Shown in pieces: positions 47,511-57,986 of a stretch of DNA of 64,000 nucleotides. A program made the position numbers and the translations under genes. A model generated the notes under the pieces. The model saw only the letters and a program-made list of their open reading frames with translations, was not told where the DNA came from and did not search any database. Source of the stretch: an uncultured Actinomycetota bacterium (lineage in GTDB: Bacteria; Actinomycetota; Actinomycetes; JAHEKZ01); contig CAWHIJ010000003.1 of NCBI GenBank assembly GCA_963829525.1, forward strand, positions 2,560,001 to 2,624,000, in the 5' to 3' direction. Positions within the stretch are counted from its first letter, which is position 1. Each line of letters starts with the position of its first letter.

Positions 47511-48542
47511 TCACGGTCGGCCCTCAGGACTCCCGGCGACCTCAGCGCCCTCGACGACCTCAGGACTCCCGGCGACCTCAGCGCCCTCGACGACCTCAGG
47601 ACTCCCGGCAACCTCAGGTGATTTCGGCGGGACGGAGAGCCCATCACCGTCGTCATCGTCCAGGTAGTCTTCGTTCAGCGGCACAACGCCACTGGCAGCG
47701 AGCCGCCTGGCCTCCCTGCTTCGCCGTCTGCGCTCTCGCCGGGCCTTCTTGCGCTCGCCCTTCCATCCGGGATGACCTTCTATCTCCCGGTCGGCGTTGT
47801 ACTGCTGGAGCACCTCACCGATATCACCGTCGGCCTGGACCCGGCCCCGACGGAGATAGATCCCGCGCGTGCACAGCCGCTGCAGCTGTCGATCGCTGTG
47901 CGAGACCAGGAAGAGCGTCTTGCCTCCCGCCAGCATGGTGTCGATCCGTTCATAGGCCTTGCGCCTGAAGGAACTGTCTCCGACGGACAGCGTCTCATCG
48001 ATGACGACCGTCGGCTCGTCGATCGAGGTGATCAGCGAGAAGGCCACCCGAGTCTTCATTCCGCTGGAAAGGTGCCGGAAAGGTGTGTCGACGAAGTCCC
48101 CCACTTCCGCGAAGTCGATGATGTCGTCGAACTTCGCCTCGATCTCCTCGCGGAACATCCCGTGCAGCCCACCGACGATGTGGATGTTGTCGCGAACCGT
48201 GAGGTCAGACTTGAACCCGCCTGAGATGTTCACCAGGGGTGCAACACTGCCCACCAAGCGCACCGAGCCCTCGTCCGGGATCAGTATGCCGGCCACCAGT
48301 TTGAGCAGCGTGCTCTTTCCCTGACCATTCGCGCCGATGATTCCCACCGACTCGCCCTGCGAAATCTGGAACGAGACATTCCTGAGGGCCCAGAATTCGC
48401 TCCTCGCTTGCTCGGTGTCCTTTCGAAGCAGGTCGGAGACCCGGCGATGCCTGATCCGGTTGCGCCGAAACTTGATACCGAGGTTGCGCGCCTCGATGGC
48501 AATCGGGCCATCGAGAGGATCACCGATCATGGGTGCGACCAC
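47511..48542 (-). CDS. Polysaccharide/teichoic-acid export ABC ATPase (Wzt/TagH-like)
   Basis: FWALRNVSF, GANGQGKST, LSSGMKTR, IDETLSVGD, VSHS; low-complexity C-terminal tail. Confidence 0.92.
   Translation of the reverse strand: MVAPMIGDPLDGPIAIEARNLGIKFRRNRIRHRRVSDLLRKDTEQARSEFWALRNVSFQISQGESVGIIGANGQGKSTLLKLVAGILIPDEGSVRLVGSVAPLVNISGGFKSDLTVRDNIHIVGGLHGMFREEIEAKFDDIIDFAEVGDFVDTPFRHLSSGMKTRVAFSLITSIDEPTVVIDETLSVGDSSFRRKAYERIDTMLAGGKTLFLVSHSDRQLQRLCTRGIYLRRGRVQADGDIGEVLQQYNADREIEGHPGWKGERKKARRERRRRSREARRLAASGVVPLNEDYLDDDDGDGLSVPPKSPEVAGSPEVVEGAEVAGSPEVVEGAEVAGSPEGRP
47522..47617. repeat. 36-bp tandem repeat (about 2.6 copies) in the Wzt 3' end
   Basis: Unit CCTCAGGACTCCCGGCGACCTCAGCGCCCTCGACGA; encodes EVAGSPEVVEGA repeats. 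Confidence 0.92.
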
Positions 48543-49492
48543 TACAGCTCCTTCAAGACGCGGGGCTCGAGCCGCATGAAGAGTCGCCAGCCAAACACGA
48601 ACCAGAGGACCGCAAGGACTGCCGAAAGGCCAAGCAGCGCCAGGACATGATCTGCATTGTTCGGGAAAAAGACCGCGTGGTAAGCGTTCAAGATTCCGAC
48701 CAGAGGGTTAAGCGCGTAGACGCCCATCAACCACTGCGGCCAGGTCTCGTTGCCGAAGAGCATCCAGCTGGGCCAGCTCTTCTCAGGATCACTGAGAATA
48801 GTCTCCAGGAAGGCGACGCCGTAGACCACCGGCGACAGGTAGCGATAGAGCCGCGAAAACGCCCTAACGACCCTGTGGACGTCCGGGTAAAGCGTGCAAA
48901 GCGGCGACAAGGTCATCATCAGTCCGATGTTGAACACGAACTGGACGACAAACGCCAGTGGGATAATGAGGATCCAGGCTGAGGGAACGACGTCATAGTC
49001 GGAGAAAATGAGGAAGAGTGCCATCACGGCGACTGTGATCGGCAAGGTGAAGAGAAACTCGACGAAGCGCGACCCGACGGACCTGAGGACCCACACCTCG
49101 CGAGGCAGATTCGCCGCTGTGACCAGCTTGGCGTCACTGCCCAGCAGCCGCCCCGAGTCACCAAGCACATGGGCCGTCCACTGAAAAGGAAGGAGCCCGG
49201 TGAGCAACCACAAGACGTAAGGCTGCTCGTCGACCGCTCCACGCCCGATGACGACTCCGAACACAAACCAGTAGACGAGGGCCAGCATCAGTGGATCGAG
49301 CAATGTCCAGGCAAACCCCAGTACGGAGTTGCTGTAACGCAGTTTCAGGTCGCGAACGATGAGAACGCGAAGGATTCGTCGGTGGATCCAGAGCGCTCGG
49401 GCCCTGGCCCGAGCCGACGGGCGGGCGTGCGGCGCGGCGAACGAGTCTGCCGGCTCGGCGGAGTCTGCCGACGTGGAAGAGGACGCAGTCAT
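48542..49492 (-). CDS. Polysaccharide export ABC permease (Wzm/TagG-like)
   Basis: RDLKLRY.NS.LG..W.LL.PL, YLSPVVY, LNPL..IL..Y; six TM helices. Confidence 0.92.
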   Translation of the reverse strand: MTASSSTSADSAEPADSFAAPHARPSARARARALWIHRRILRVLIVRDLKLRYSNSVLGFAWTLLDPLMLALVYWFVFGVVIGRGAVDEQPYVLWLLTGLLPFQWTAHVLGDSGRLLGSDAKLVTAANLPREVWVLRSVGSRFVEFLFTLPITVAVMALFLIFSDYDVVPSAWILIIPLAFVVQFVFNIGLMMTLSPLCTLYPDVHRVVRAFSRLYRYLSPVVYGVAFLETILSDPEKSWPSWMLFGNETWPQWLMGVYALNPLVGILNAYHAVFFPNNADHVLALLGLSAVLAVLWFVFGWRLFMRLEPRVLKEL

Positions 49493-49724
49493 GAGAGTCC
49501 AACACTCTATCGCCCTAAAGGCTCAATGACTGTATCGGACCCCGTGCCGCCCGCGGCCACAGCTCGGGCAACGGCGTGCCGGTTCGAGACACAGCGCTTA
49601 CTCCCCTACCCTGGAAGCACTGATGCGAGGAACCGCACCAGCCGTTTCTGCGTCCCATTGACGCTAGCCGGGCATTTACAACAAGGCACCGACGTCCGCA
49701 CCCACCACTGGAGAACGAACACCG

Positions 49725-51158
49725 ATGAGCGCCGTCCTTCCCCCGGAGCTCTCCCCACGCTCGACAAGCTCGGCTGCGACGGCGTCGGGCTCTCGCCGTT
49801 GGGTGACGTGGCTCACCACTGTCCTGGCCGCTGTGGTTCTGCTCACCAGCACCGGCGGGTGGGTGATGGCCACCTATTACGACGCCAAGATCAGCCGGTT
49901 GTTCGGACTCTCCGGCCTTCTCAGCGGCGACAGCAGCGGTCCGCTCACCATTTTGATTGTCGGCTCGGACAGCCGCGAGGGACTCACCAAGGCCGAAGCA
50001 CGCAAACTCAACACAGGCACGGCCCAGAACACCGCATCTGGTCAGCGGTCCGACACGATGATGCTGTTGCACATTGCCGGTGACCGCAAGAGCGCCACCG
50101 TCGTCAGTCTGCCTCGCGACTCTTACGTCACGATCCCGGCCTACACCGATGAAGCCGGTAAGAAGCACTCGGCGAGCAAGAACAAGCTCAACGCCGCCTA
50201 TGCGCTGGGCGGGGCGCCGCTCTTGATCGAGACGGTCAAGAACGAGACAGGACTCACTATCGACCACTACGTCGAGGTCGGTTTCGCCGGTGTCGTCAAC
50301 ATGGTCGATGCGCTGGGGGGTATTGACGTCTGTGTTCCCTCCGATGTCAGGGACTGGCGGAGCGGGTTGGACTTGCAGGCAGGGAAGACGCACGTCGACG
50401 GGCTCATGGGGCTTTCGTACGTTCGGGCCCGCTACATCGATCCGACTGCCGACCTCGGGCGCATGGAGCGGCAGCAGCGCTTCATCGGCTCGATGTTCCA
50501 GGAGGCCACAAGTGCCGGCGTCCTCCTCAACCCCGTCAAGCTCAACTCGTTCCTCGGAGCTGCGCTCGACTCGGTGACTCTCGACGAGGGCATGTCCCGC
50601 GATATGCTGCTCGAACTCGCCAGCGAGGTCGAAGGCCTGACCCCCAAGGACATTCGCTTCCTCACTGTTCCGCTCTCCGACGTCAACCTGTCAACCCCGG
50701 TCGGTAGCTCTGTCCAATGGGATCGCAAGAAGGCCAAACTGGTTTTCGACTCCATCGAGAACGACAAGCCCCTCGTCAAGGAGAAGAAGGGGCCGACCGT
50801 ACAAGTGGCCCCAGCTGACATCAACGTGCAGGTACTGAACGGGAGCACTGTCGAGGGCCTCGCCTCCAGTGCCAGCGAGGATCTGGACCAGGCTGGTTAC
50901 ACGATCGCCCGGCCGCCCGGCAACGACGACAGCACCGACACGACTTCAACGATCATCAGGTACGACCCTCAGTGGAACATCTCGGCCAAGACGCTGCAGG
51001 CGGCCTTCCCCGCCGCAACGCTCGAGGAGGTCGCTGGACTCGGTGGAACCTTCCAGATCGTGGTTGGCACCGAGTACACCAGGCCCGCACCGGTGCGGGT
51101 CGCCCGGCAAGACACCAAACTTGACTCGCACACCGCAGCTGACGACATCTGCGGCTGA
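49725..51158 (+). CDS. LCP-family protein (second copy)
   Basis: ILIVGSDSR, RSDTMML, SLPRDS, KLNAAY, YVRARY, DLGRMERQQ; LytR_C V.VLNG. Confidence 0.94.
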   Translation: MSAVLPPELSPRSTSSAATASGSRRWVTWLTTVLAAVVLLTSTGGWVMATYYDAKISRLFGLSGLLSGDSSGPLTILIVGSDSREGLTKAEARKLNTGTAQNTASGQRSDTMMLLHIAGDRKSATVVSLPRDSYVTIPAYTDEAGKKHSASKNKLNAAYALGGAPLLIETVKNETGLTIDHYVEVGFAGVVNMVDALGGIDVCVPSDVRDWRSGLDLQAGKTHVDGLMGLSYVRARYIDPTADLGRMERQQRFIGSMFQEATSAGVLLNPVKLNSFLGAALDSVTLDEGMSRDMLLELASEVEGLTPKDIRFLTVPLSDVNLSTPVGSSVQWDRKKAKLVFDSIENDKPLVKEKKGPTVQVAPADINVQVLNGSTVEGLASSASEDLDQAGYTIARPPGNDDSTDTTSTIIRYDPQWNISAKTLQAAFPAATLEEVAGLGGTFQIVVGTEYTRPAPVRVARQDTKLDSHTAADDICG

Positions 51159-51179
51159 CGCACGCACCTTGCCTACGAG

Positions 51180-51677
51180 CTACCCCTGACTCGCTCGTAG
51201 CCGCTCGATCTCGTCACGGCGTGACAGCCGATGCTGCCTACGGATCTGCGCTTCGGCAAGACGCCTCCTGTCCTCCTCGCTTTCAGCAAGAACGGGAGGC
51301 ACCGGGCGGGGACGCCCCTCGGCGTCGACCGCCACGAACACCAGATATGCCGACGCCACATGAACCGGTGGATCGATCTCGTTCCAGCGCTCGGATGTGA
51401 CTCGGACACCTACTTCCATCGAGGTGCGTCCGGCCCAGTTCACCTGAGCGTGAGCATGGATCAGATCACCCACTCGAACCGGCCGAAGGAAGACCATCTC
51501 GTCCATCGAGACTGTGACAGCCGGCCCTCTGCTGTGCCGACCCGCGGCGGCACCGGCAACAGAGTCGACCATGCGCATGACCACGCCACCGTGCACCGTG
51601 CCCAGCAAGTTGACGTCCACTGACGTCATGATCTGCGTCAGCGTCGTCCGTGCCGAATGTGCGGGTACTGGTTCCAT
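51180..51677 (-). CDS. Acyl-CoA thioesterase (hotdog fold)
   Basis: NLLGTVHGG, VTVSMD...FL.PV.VG, GRTSMEVGV, AYLVFVAVD. Confidence 0.92.
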   Translation of the reverse strand: MEPVPAHSARTTLTQIMTSVDVNLLGTVHGGVVMRMVDSVAGAAAGRHSRGPAVTVSMDEMVFLRPVRVGDLIHAHAQVNWAGRTSMEVGVRVTSERWNEIDPPVHVASAYLVFVAVDAEGRPRPVPPVLAESEEDRRRLAEAQIRRQHRLSRRDEIERLRASQG

Positions 51678-51807
51678 GGGTTCATCCAAGCACCCGTTCG
51701 ATAGCCTTTGACCGAACCTGCCCTGACGGATGGGGCGGCCGAGCAGAGGAGAACGTGGCACCGCACCTCGGCATCGGAGCAGATCACCGGCCTGGAGCAG
51801 CAGCCTA

Positions 51808-52545
51808 GTGGCGTCGAAGCGGCTCTCTCGCTTCATACCGCCTGAGCACGGCGCCTGGGCCATGCTGATCGTGCCGTTCGCGCTTGGCACCTTCTCGGCA
51901 ACACCCTCGTGGCCGTCCCTACTACTTCTCGTTGCTTGGCTAGCGGCATACCTCACCAGCTACTTTGCACTCCGGTGGTGGAAGACCCGCAAACTTTCAC
52001 ATCGCGGTGTGCGATTTCGGGCACCAACCGTGCTTTATGCCAGTCTGTTGGCTGTCTCAGGAGCCATCTTGCTGGTCCTCGAACCGTGGCTCGTCTTCGC
52101 TGGGATGGTCTTCCTGCCGTTCGAGTCCACGGCCGTAGCCTTGGCGATACGCGGCAAGGAGCGCTCGCTGTCAGCGGGGTTTGCCTCGGCGACCGCGGCC
52201 TGCCTGATGGCGCCAGTGGCCTACCGCCTGGCCGACGGGGACGACCAGACCCTGGCGCTCACCCTCTTCGTCGTGTCATGGCTGGCATTCACCGGCTCGG
52301 TCCTGCACGTCAAGTCGACGATTCGCGAGCGCGACGACCCGAGGTACCGAACTGCTTCGATAGCGTTCCACGCTCTGGCACTGATCGCAGCTATCTGGAT
52401 CGAGCCACTCCTCGTGATTCCCTTCGGGTTCCTGCTCGTGCGCGCCGTGGTCGTTCCCCGCCATGGCTGGCGCCCCGCGCAGATCGGCGCCGTGGAGATC
52501 GCCGGCTCACTGTTGGTTCTCGCGGTACCGCTCGTTGCTTCGTGA
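51808..52545 (+). CDS. YwiC-like membrane protein
   Basis: IPPEHGAWAML, VKSTIRER, QIG.VE; multi-TM. Confidence 0.85.
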   Translation: MASKRLSRFIPPEHGAWAMLIVPFALGTFSATPSWPSLLLLVAWLAAYLTSYFALRWWKTRKLSHRGVRFRAPTVLYASLLAVSGAILLVLEPWLVFAGMVFLPFESTAVALAIRGKERSLSAGFASATAACLMAPVAYRLADGDDQTLALTLFVVSWLAFTGSVLHVKSTIRERDDPRYRTASIAFHALALIAAIWIEPLLVIPFGFLLVRAVVVPRHGWRPAQIGAVEIAGSLLVLAVPLVAS

Positions 52546-52560
52546 CGGCGCTCAGCGAGA

Positions 52561-53097
52561 TCAGGCGGAGAAGCCAACCTCGCCCGACCGACGTCTACGG
52601 AGCGCCTCACCCTTGCCCGACGACTCCTCGGCCATGTGCTGCTGGAATGCCACCATCTTGGCGCGAAGCTCAGCGTCGGTCACGCCGAGGATCCGTACGG
52701 CGAGCAGTCCGGCATTGCGTGCGTTTCCGATGGCAACGGTGGCGACGGGAACCCCCGTTGGCATCTGCACGATCGACAGCAGCGAGTCGATGCCGTCCAG
52801 TCGGGGGAGCGGAACGGGAACACCGATCACCGGGAGAGGCGTTGCCGCCGCCAGCATGCCCGGGAGGTGCGCTGCGCCTCCGGCTCCGGCAATGATCACC
52901 TGGCACCCACGGCCGGCCGCCGAACGACCGAACTCGAGCATGTCGAAGGGTGTGCGGTGCGCTGAGACGACATCAACCTCGTAACCGACTCCGAACTCGT
53001 CGAGTACGTCGGCAGCGGCCTCCATCACCGGCCAGTCAGAGTCACTGCCCATCACAAGGCTGACAGGCGGGCTCACTGCGGGGCTAGTACTACTCAT
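52561..53097 (-). CDS. purE: N5-CAIR mutase
   Basis: [39 protein letters not shown]. Confidence 0.97.
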   Translation of the reverse strand: MSSTSPAVSPPVSLVMGSDSDWPVMEAAADVLDEFGVGYEVDVVSAHRTPFDMLEFGRSAAGRGCQVIIAGAGGAAHLPGMLAAATPLPVIGVPVPLPRLDGIDSLLSIVQMPTGVPVATVAIGNARNAGLLAVRILGVTDAELRAKMVAFQQHMAEESSGKGEALRRRRSGEVGFSA

Positions 53098-54292
53098 CGA
53101 TGTCACCTCTCAGGTACGCCACGGCATGCCGAGTGCGTTCGAGCAAATCGGTCAGGTCGTCTGGGCTGCTTCCTGTTGCCGTGACATGCCCCACCTTGCG
53201 GCCCGGCTTGACGACCTTGCCGTACATGTGGAACTTAAGGGCCGGATCACGGGCCATGCAGTGCAAGAACGCGGGGTACAGGTCGCTCAGGTCTCCACCC
53301 AGCAGGTTCACCATCACGGTCAGCGGTGCTGACGCGGAGGGGTCGCCAAGCGGCAGATCGAGCACCGCGCGCAGGTGGTTCTCGAACTGGCTGGTCACAG
53401 CACCATCGATGCCCCAGTGTCCGGAGTTGTGCGGCCGCATGGCCAGCTCGTTGACGAGCACTCCCTGGGGGGTGTCGAACAGCTCAACTGCCATGACTCC
53501 GACAACACCGAGCTCACCGGCGATCCGCAAGGCAGCCTCCTGGGCGGCCACCGCATGAGCCTCCTCCAGTCCAGGCGCCGGGGCGTACACCTCGTGGCAG
53601 ATGCCGCCGCGCTGCACGGTCTCAACGACGGGATAGGCCACCGCCTGACCACTCGGGCTCCTGGCCACCATCGCCGAAAGTTCCCGGGTGTAAGGCACCA
53701 GCTCTTCAGCGATGAATCCCGGTACCTGATCGTGTGAGAGCACTTCGGCGGCTTCATGCTCGTTGTTGACCATCCAGACGCCCTTGCCGTCATACCCACC
53801 ACGAGTCGCCTTGAGGACGAGCGGGAAGGACGTGAGCTCGGCAAAGGAGCGGACATCTGCGGCCGAGGCCACCCGGCACCAGAGGGGAAGCGGTGACCGC
53901 ATCTGGGCCAACCGCTCCCGCATCAGGCCCTTGTCCTGGGCAAAGACCAGTGCCTCTGGACCGGGTCGCACGGGCACACCGTCGGCAGCCAGAGCATGCA
54001 GATGATCGGTTGGAACATGCTCGTGGTCGAAGGTGACGACCTCGCAGCCACGAGCGAAACGGCGCAACGTGTCAAGATCCCGGTAGTCACCGATCACCGT
54101 GTCAGGAATCACCTGGGCCGCGCTGTCCGATGGCGAGTCGGCCAGCAGGCGAAGCCGCACGCCAAGCCCGACGGCTGGCTGCTGCATCATCCGGGCGAGC
54201 TGACCACCTCCCACAACGCCAACCACGGGGAAATCGGCGGGGCCCATCTCAGCCGTCTCGGCTGACGAGGCTGCGGGCGTTCGGTCACTCAC
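53090..54292 (-). CDS. purK: N5-CAIR synthase
   Basis: [49 protein letters not shown]. Confidence 0.97.
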   Translation of the reverse strand: MSDRTPAASSAETAEMGPADFPVVGVVGGGQLARMMQQPAVGLGVRLRLLADSPSDSAAQVIPDTVIGDYRDLDTLRRFARGCEVVTFDHEHVPTDHLHALAADGVPVRPGPEALVFAQDKGLMRERLAQMRSPLPLWCRVASAADVRSFAELTSFPLVLKATRGGYDGKGVWMVNNEHEAAEVLSHDQVPGFIAEELVPYTRELSAMVARSPSGQAVAYPVVETVQRGGICHEVYAPAPGLEEAHAVAAQEAALRIAGELGVVGVMAVELFDTPQGVLVNELAMRPHNSGHWGIDGAVTSQFENHLRAVLDLPLGDPSASAPLTVMVNLLGGDLSDLYPAFLHCMARDPALKFHMYGKVVKPGRKVGHVTATGSSPDDLTDLLERTRHAVAYLRGDIDE

Positions 54293-55214
54293 CTGATGAC
54301 CCTACCGATGGGTTCACGACACGCAGCACGTCGAGGCCGAGGTCGAGTACCGGCGCGGAGTGCGTCAACGCCCCAACCGCTACGAAGTCGACTCCGGTAG
54401 CGGCAACTGCAGACGCTCTGTCGAGCGTCAACCCTCCGGAGGCCTCGAACTGAACGAGCCGCCCGGACGAGCGTCCAAGCGCGACGCAGTGGCGCATCTG
54501 ATCGATGGTCATGTTGTCGAGAAGGATCAGTTCGGCGCCGGCCGCGATGGCCGCGCCGACCTGCGCGGCACTGTCACACTCCACCTCGAGCAGAACCGAC
54601 GGCGCGCGCGCTCGCACCGCGGCGACGGCAGCGCCGACGCCACCCGCTGCTGCAACGTGATTGTCCTTGATGAGGGCAGCATCGCCTAGCCCCATGCGGT
54701 GGTTGAGGCCGCCGCCACACCGGACCGCGTACTTTTCGAGCACCCGCAGGCCAGGGGTGGTCTTTCGGGTGTCACGGACGCGGGCCGGTGCCACCTGGGC
54801 CGCCCACGCCGCGGTGACCGTCGCCACCCCGGAGAGATGACCGAGGAAGTTCAGAGCGGTTCGCTCGGCGGTCAGCAGACCTCGCGTTGGTGCTTCGAGC
54901 CTCAAGGCGTTGTCACCGGGACTCAGCACCGTGCCGTCGTCCTGGTGGTCGAGGAGGCCCCACTGTCCGGCCCCCATGACGAGGTCGAAGGTCACGAGCA
55001 CCACCGGCAACCCGGCGAGGACTCCCATCTTGCGGGCGGCCACGGCAGCCACCACGCGCTGGTCGGCAGGAACCGTTGCTGTCGTTGTGACGTCAGGACC
55101 ATAGGCGAGGTCTTCTTCCAACGCGATCTTCACCTGAGAAACCACATGGCTCACCTGCAGCCCGGCACTCTCGACCATCGAGACCGAATCCGGACTCAGC
55201 TCTTCGTACCTCAC
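54285..55214 (-). CDS. nadC: Quinolinate phosphoribosyltransferase
   Basis: ERTALN, DTRKTTPG, NHRMGL, LIKDNH, EVECD, LLDN, EASGG. Confidence 0.97.
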   Translation of the reverse strand: MRYEELSPDSVSMVESAGLQVSHVVSQVKIALEEDLAYGPDVTTTATVPADQRVVAAVAARKMGVLAGLPVVLVTFDLVMGAGQWGLLDHQDDGTVLSPGDNALRLEAPTRGLLTAERTALNFLGHLSGVATVTAAWAAQVAPARVRDTRKTTPGLRVLEKYAVRCGGGLNHRMGLGDAALIKDNHVAAAGGVGAAVAAVRARAPSVLLEVECDSAAQVGAAIAAGAELILLDNMTIDQMRHCVALGRSSGRLVQFEASGGLTLDRASAVAATGVDFVAVGALTHSAPVLDLGLDVLRVVNPSVGSSGE

Positions 55215-56887
55215 GATCGTTCACCGCCTGCGGGCTCGTACCCCACGGCTTCATACGTGGTCGTGACGGTTGACCCATCCCAACGCTGCACGATGCGCTT
55301 GCGCCACTCCTCACGTGGCTCGGCGAAGTCGAGCCTGCGATGGCTGCCCCGACTTTCCTCGCGCTGCTGCGCCGCGTGCACGATCAGCTCGGAGACAGCG
55401 AGGAGGTTGGTGGCCTCAATCTGAGCGAGGGATGTGATGGAGGACGACGGGCTCGGCGTGCGCAGGTGATCGGACGCTGCCTGCAGACCGTCTCCGTCGC
55501 GCAATGGGCCAGCCCATCTGCTCATGGCAAGCGCGACGTCGCTGCGGACACTGGCGTCCACCACCGCAAGCCAAACTTCCCCGAGCACCGGAGGCCCGCT
55601 CTCGGGCACCTGCTGGGCAAGAGCACCAGCGACCATATGGCCGGCCACCAAGCCCTCGGTCACGCCGTTGGAGGCTAGACGGTTGGCCCCATGCACGCCT
55701 GTGGCGGCTACCTCACCGACGGCGAAGAGGCCCGGTACAGATGTGACGCCGTCCAGTCGAGCCCGAACACCGCCGCAGGCAAAGTGCGCAGCTGGCGCGA
55801 CCGGGATCGGCTCGCTGACCGGGTCAATTCCGGCCTCCCGGCAGCGCGCCACGATCGTCGGAAAACGTTCGGCCATCGCCGGACCGATCGACGTGGCATC
55901 GAGGAATACATGGTCGCCGATTCCCCCGGGAGCCTCTCGGAGACGCAGCGCAATGGCGGTGGCAACGACGTCACGCGGTGCGAGGTCTCCGAGTGGGTGC
56001 ACTCCATTCATCACCGAGCGACCGGCGCCGTCTACCAAAGTCGCCCCTTCGCCGCGCACGGCCTCGGACACCAACAGCTGTTGCCCACTGGACCGCGGCT
56101 GCCAGAAGGCCGTCGGATGGAACTGCACAAACTCCACGTCGGCCACCGCCGCGCCAGCCCGCCAGGCCAGAGCAAGCCCGTCACCTGTCGACTGCGCGGG
56201 GTTGGTGGTTACTGCATAGGCCTGGCCCAGCCCCCCGGTCGCGACAACGACGGCCGACGTGCGAATCAAAGTGATGCCTTCGATCCCACCTGCGTCATCG
56301 ACGTGCGCGACCAGCACGCCCGCAACACGCCCCCGATCGTCGTGGAGCACGTCAAGGGCAATGCTCCGCTCCGTCACCACCACGCCTGCGGCCCGCATCG
56401 AGCTATCCAAGGTGCGTTGCACCTCGGCACCGGTGGCATCGCCTCCCGCGTGCACGATCCGGCTGCGGCGGTGGCCGCCTTCCCGAGCGAGTGCGAGGCG
56501 GCCACCGAGGTCGCGGTCGAACTCTGCACCGAGGTCGATCAGGGTTTGGACGGCCTCCGGCGCCTGCCGTACCAACTGCTCAACGACCGCGCGATCCGAA
56601 AGGCCGGCTCCTGCAGTCAGAGTGTCGGCAATGTGCTCATCCCATGAGTCATCGGTGGCATCGAGCACAGCAGCCAGTCCACCCTGGGCCCACGTGGTCG
56701 AACCCGCACCAAGGCCAGACTTGGTAACCACCAGCACATCACGCCCCGCGCGGGCGGCGCCCAGGGCAGCAGTGGCGCCAGCTGCGCCGGAGCCGATCAC
56801 CACCACCTCAGCGCTCGACTCGAGGGTGGGGCTGGCCGGCAGGCGGGGCAGGGGCCTCCACGCCGACGGCGCCTGCTGATGGGTCAC
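55211..56887 (-). CDS. nadB: L-aspartate oxidase
   Basis: [46 protein letters not shown]; GTGA overlap with nadA. Confidence 0.95.
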   Translation of the reverse strand: MTHQQAPSAWRPLPRLPASPTLESSAEVVVIGSGAAGATAALGAARAGRDVLVVTKSGLGAGSTTWAQGGLAAVLDATDDSWDEHIADTLTAGAGLSDRAVVEQLVRQAPEAVQTLIDLGAEFDRDLGGRLALAREGGHRRSRIVHAGGDATGAEVQRTLDSSMRAAGVVVTERSIALDVLHDDRGRVAGVLVAHVDDAGGIEGITLIRTSAVVVATGGLGQAYAVTTNPAQSTGDGLALAWRAGAAVADVEFVQFHPTAFWQPRSSGQQLLVSEAVRGEGATLVDGAGRSVMNGVHPLGDLAPRDVVATAIALRLREAPGGIGDHVFLDATSIGPAMAERFPTIVARCREAGIDPVSEPIPVAPAAHFACGGVRARLDGVTSVPGLFAVGEVAATGVHGANRLASNGVTEGLVAGHMVAGALAQQVPESGPPVLGEVWLAVVDASVRSDVALAMSRWAGPLRDGDGLQAASDHLRTPSPSSSITSLAQIEATNLLAVSELIVHAAQQREESRGSHRRLDFAEPREEWRKRIVQRWDGSTVTTTYEAVGYEPAGGERS

Positions 56888-57864
56888 GCGGGAACCGGGG
56901 CGCCGCCGAGCTCGACCATTCGTTCGACAGCGCGTCGGGCACGCACAGCGACGTCCGGGGCGATGGTGACCTCGTACACGTTCTCGCGCAGTGTTCGCAG
57001 CAACTTCTCCGGGGTAATCATCTTCATGTAGCGACACTCGGCCTTCGGATTCACCGCAAGGAAGTTAGCCAAGGGATTGGCCTTGCGCAGCTGGTGCAGC
57101 ATCCCAGTCTCGGTCGCCACCAGCACGGTTTCCGAACCCAGCTGCTTGGCCTTGGTGAGCATGCCCCCGGTCGACAGGATGTGGGTGCGATCCGCCGGTA
57201 CTACGCCCTCACCGGCCAGGTAGAGCGCCGACGTTGCGCACCCGCACTCGGGGTGGATCAACAACTCAGCACCAGGATGCTCTTCGATGCCTCGCGCAAG
57301 GTTGTCGCCGCTGATCGCTGCATGGACGTGGCACTCACCCATCCAGATCCGCAGGTTGGTACGCCCTGTCTCGCGCTGCACGTGGGCACCGAGGAACTGA
57401 TCAGGCAAGAACAGAATCTCGCGATCGGCCGGGATCGAGTTGACGACGTCGACAGCATTCGACGACGTGCAGCAGATGTCAGTCTCAGCCTTCACCGCGG
57501 CCGACGTGTTGACGTATGACACGACAACGGCACCGGGGTGTTCGGCCTTCCACTCACGAAGCTGCTCGGCAGTGATGGTGTCGGCAAGTGAACAACCAGC
57601 ATTGACATCGGGGATGAGCACAGTCCGGTCCGGCGCGAGCAGCTTGGCCGACTCTGCCATGAAGTGGACGCCACACAGCACGATCGTCGACGCGGTGCTC
57701 GCCGCAGCGAGGCGCGCCAACTGCAATGAGTCGCCCACATGGTGGGCAACCTCTTGGATCTCCGGCACCTGGTAGTTGTGGGCCAGGATGAGCGCGTCCC
57801 GCTCGGAGGCAAGGCGGCGCACCTCCTCGGCGTAAGCCGGGTCGACAGCTGGCGTGCCAGCCAC
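56884..57864 (-). CDS. nadA: Quinolinate synthase
   Basis: [40 protein letters not shown]; GGAGG 6 nt before GTG 57864. Confidence 0.97.
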   Translation of the reverse strand: MAGTPAVDPAYAEEVRRLASERDALILAHNYQVPEIQEVAHHVGDSLQLARLAAASTASTIVLCGVHFMAESAKLLAPDRTVLIPDVNAGCSLADTITAEQLREWKAEHPGAVVVSYVNTSAAVKAETDICCTSSNAVDVVNSIPADREILFLPDQFLGAHVQRETGRTNLRIWMGECHVHAAISGDNLARGIEEHPGAELLIHPECGCATSALYLAGEGVVPADRTHILSTGGMLTKAKQLGSETVLVATETGMLHQLRKANPLANFLAVNPKAECRYMKMITPEKLLRTLRENVYEVTIAPDVAVRARRAVERMVELGGAPVPA

Positions 57865-57922
57865 GCCGCACCTCCGTCGCGTAGGGACCCCCATGGGGCC
57901 CTGGTACCGTGAGACTGCCCGA

Positions 57923-57947
57923 GGTTATTGACTATTAGTCCATAACC
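57923..57947. promoter_or_regulatory. Putative NrtR operator palindrome
   Basis: GGTTATTGACTATTAGTCCATAACC, a 25-bp inverted repeat with one mismatched pair, between divergent nadA and nrtR. Confidence 0.8.
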
Positions 57948-57986
57948 CGTACACCTCACGCTACCACGCCTCCCGGAGGTCCGGCA

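Noticed and set aside
47522-47617. 36-bp repeats of CRISPR-like length
   Set aside because: Head-to-tail without unique spacers, and in frame within the Wzt coding tail.
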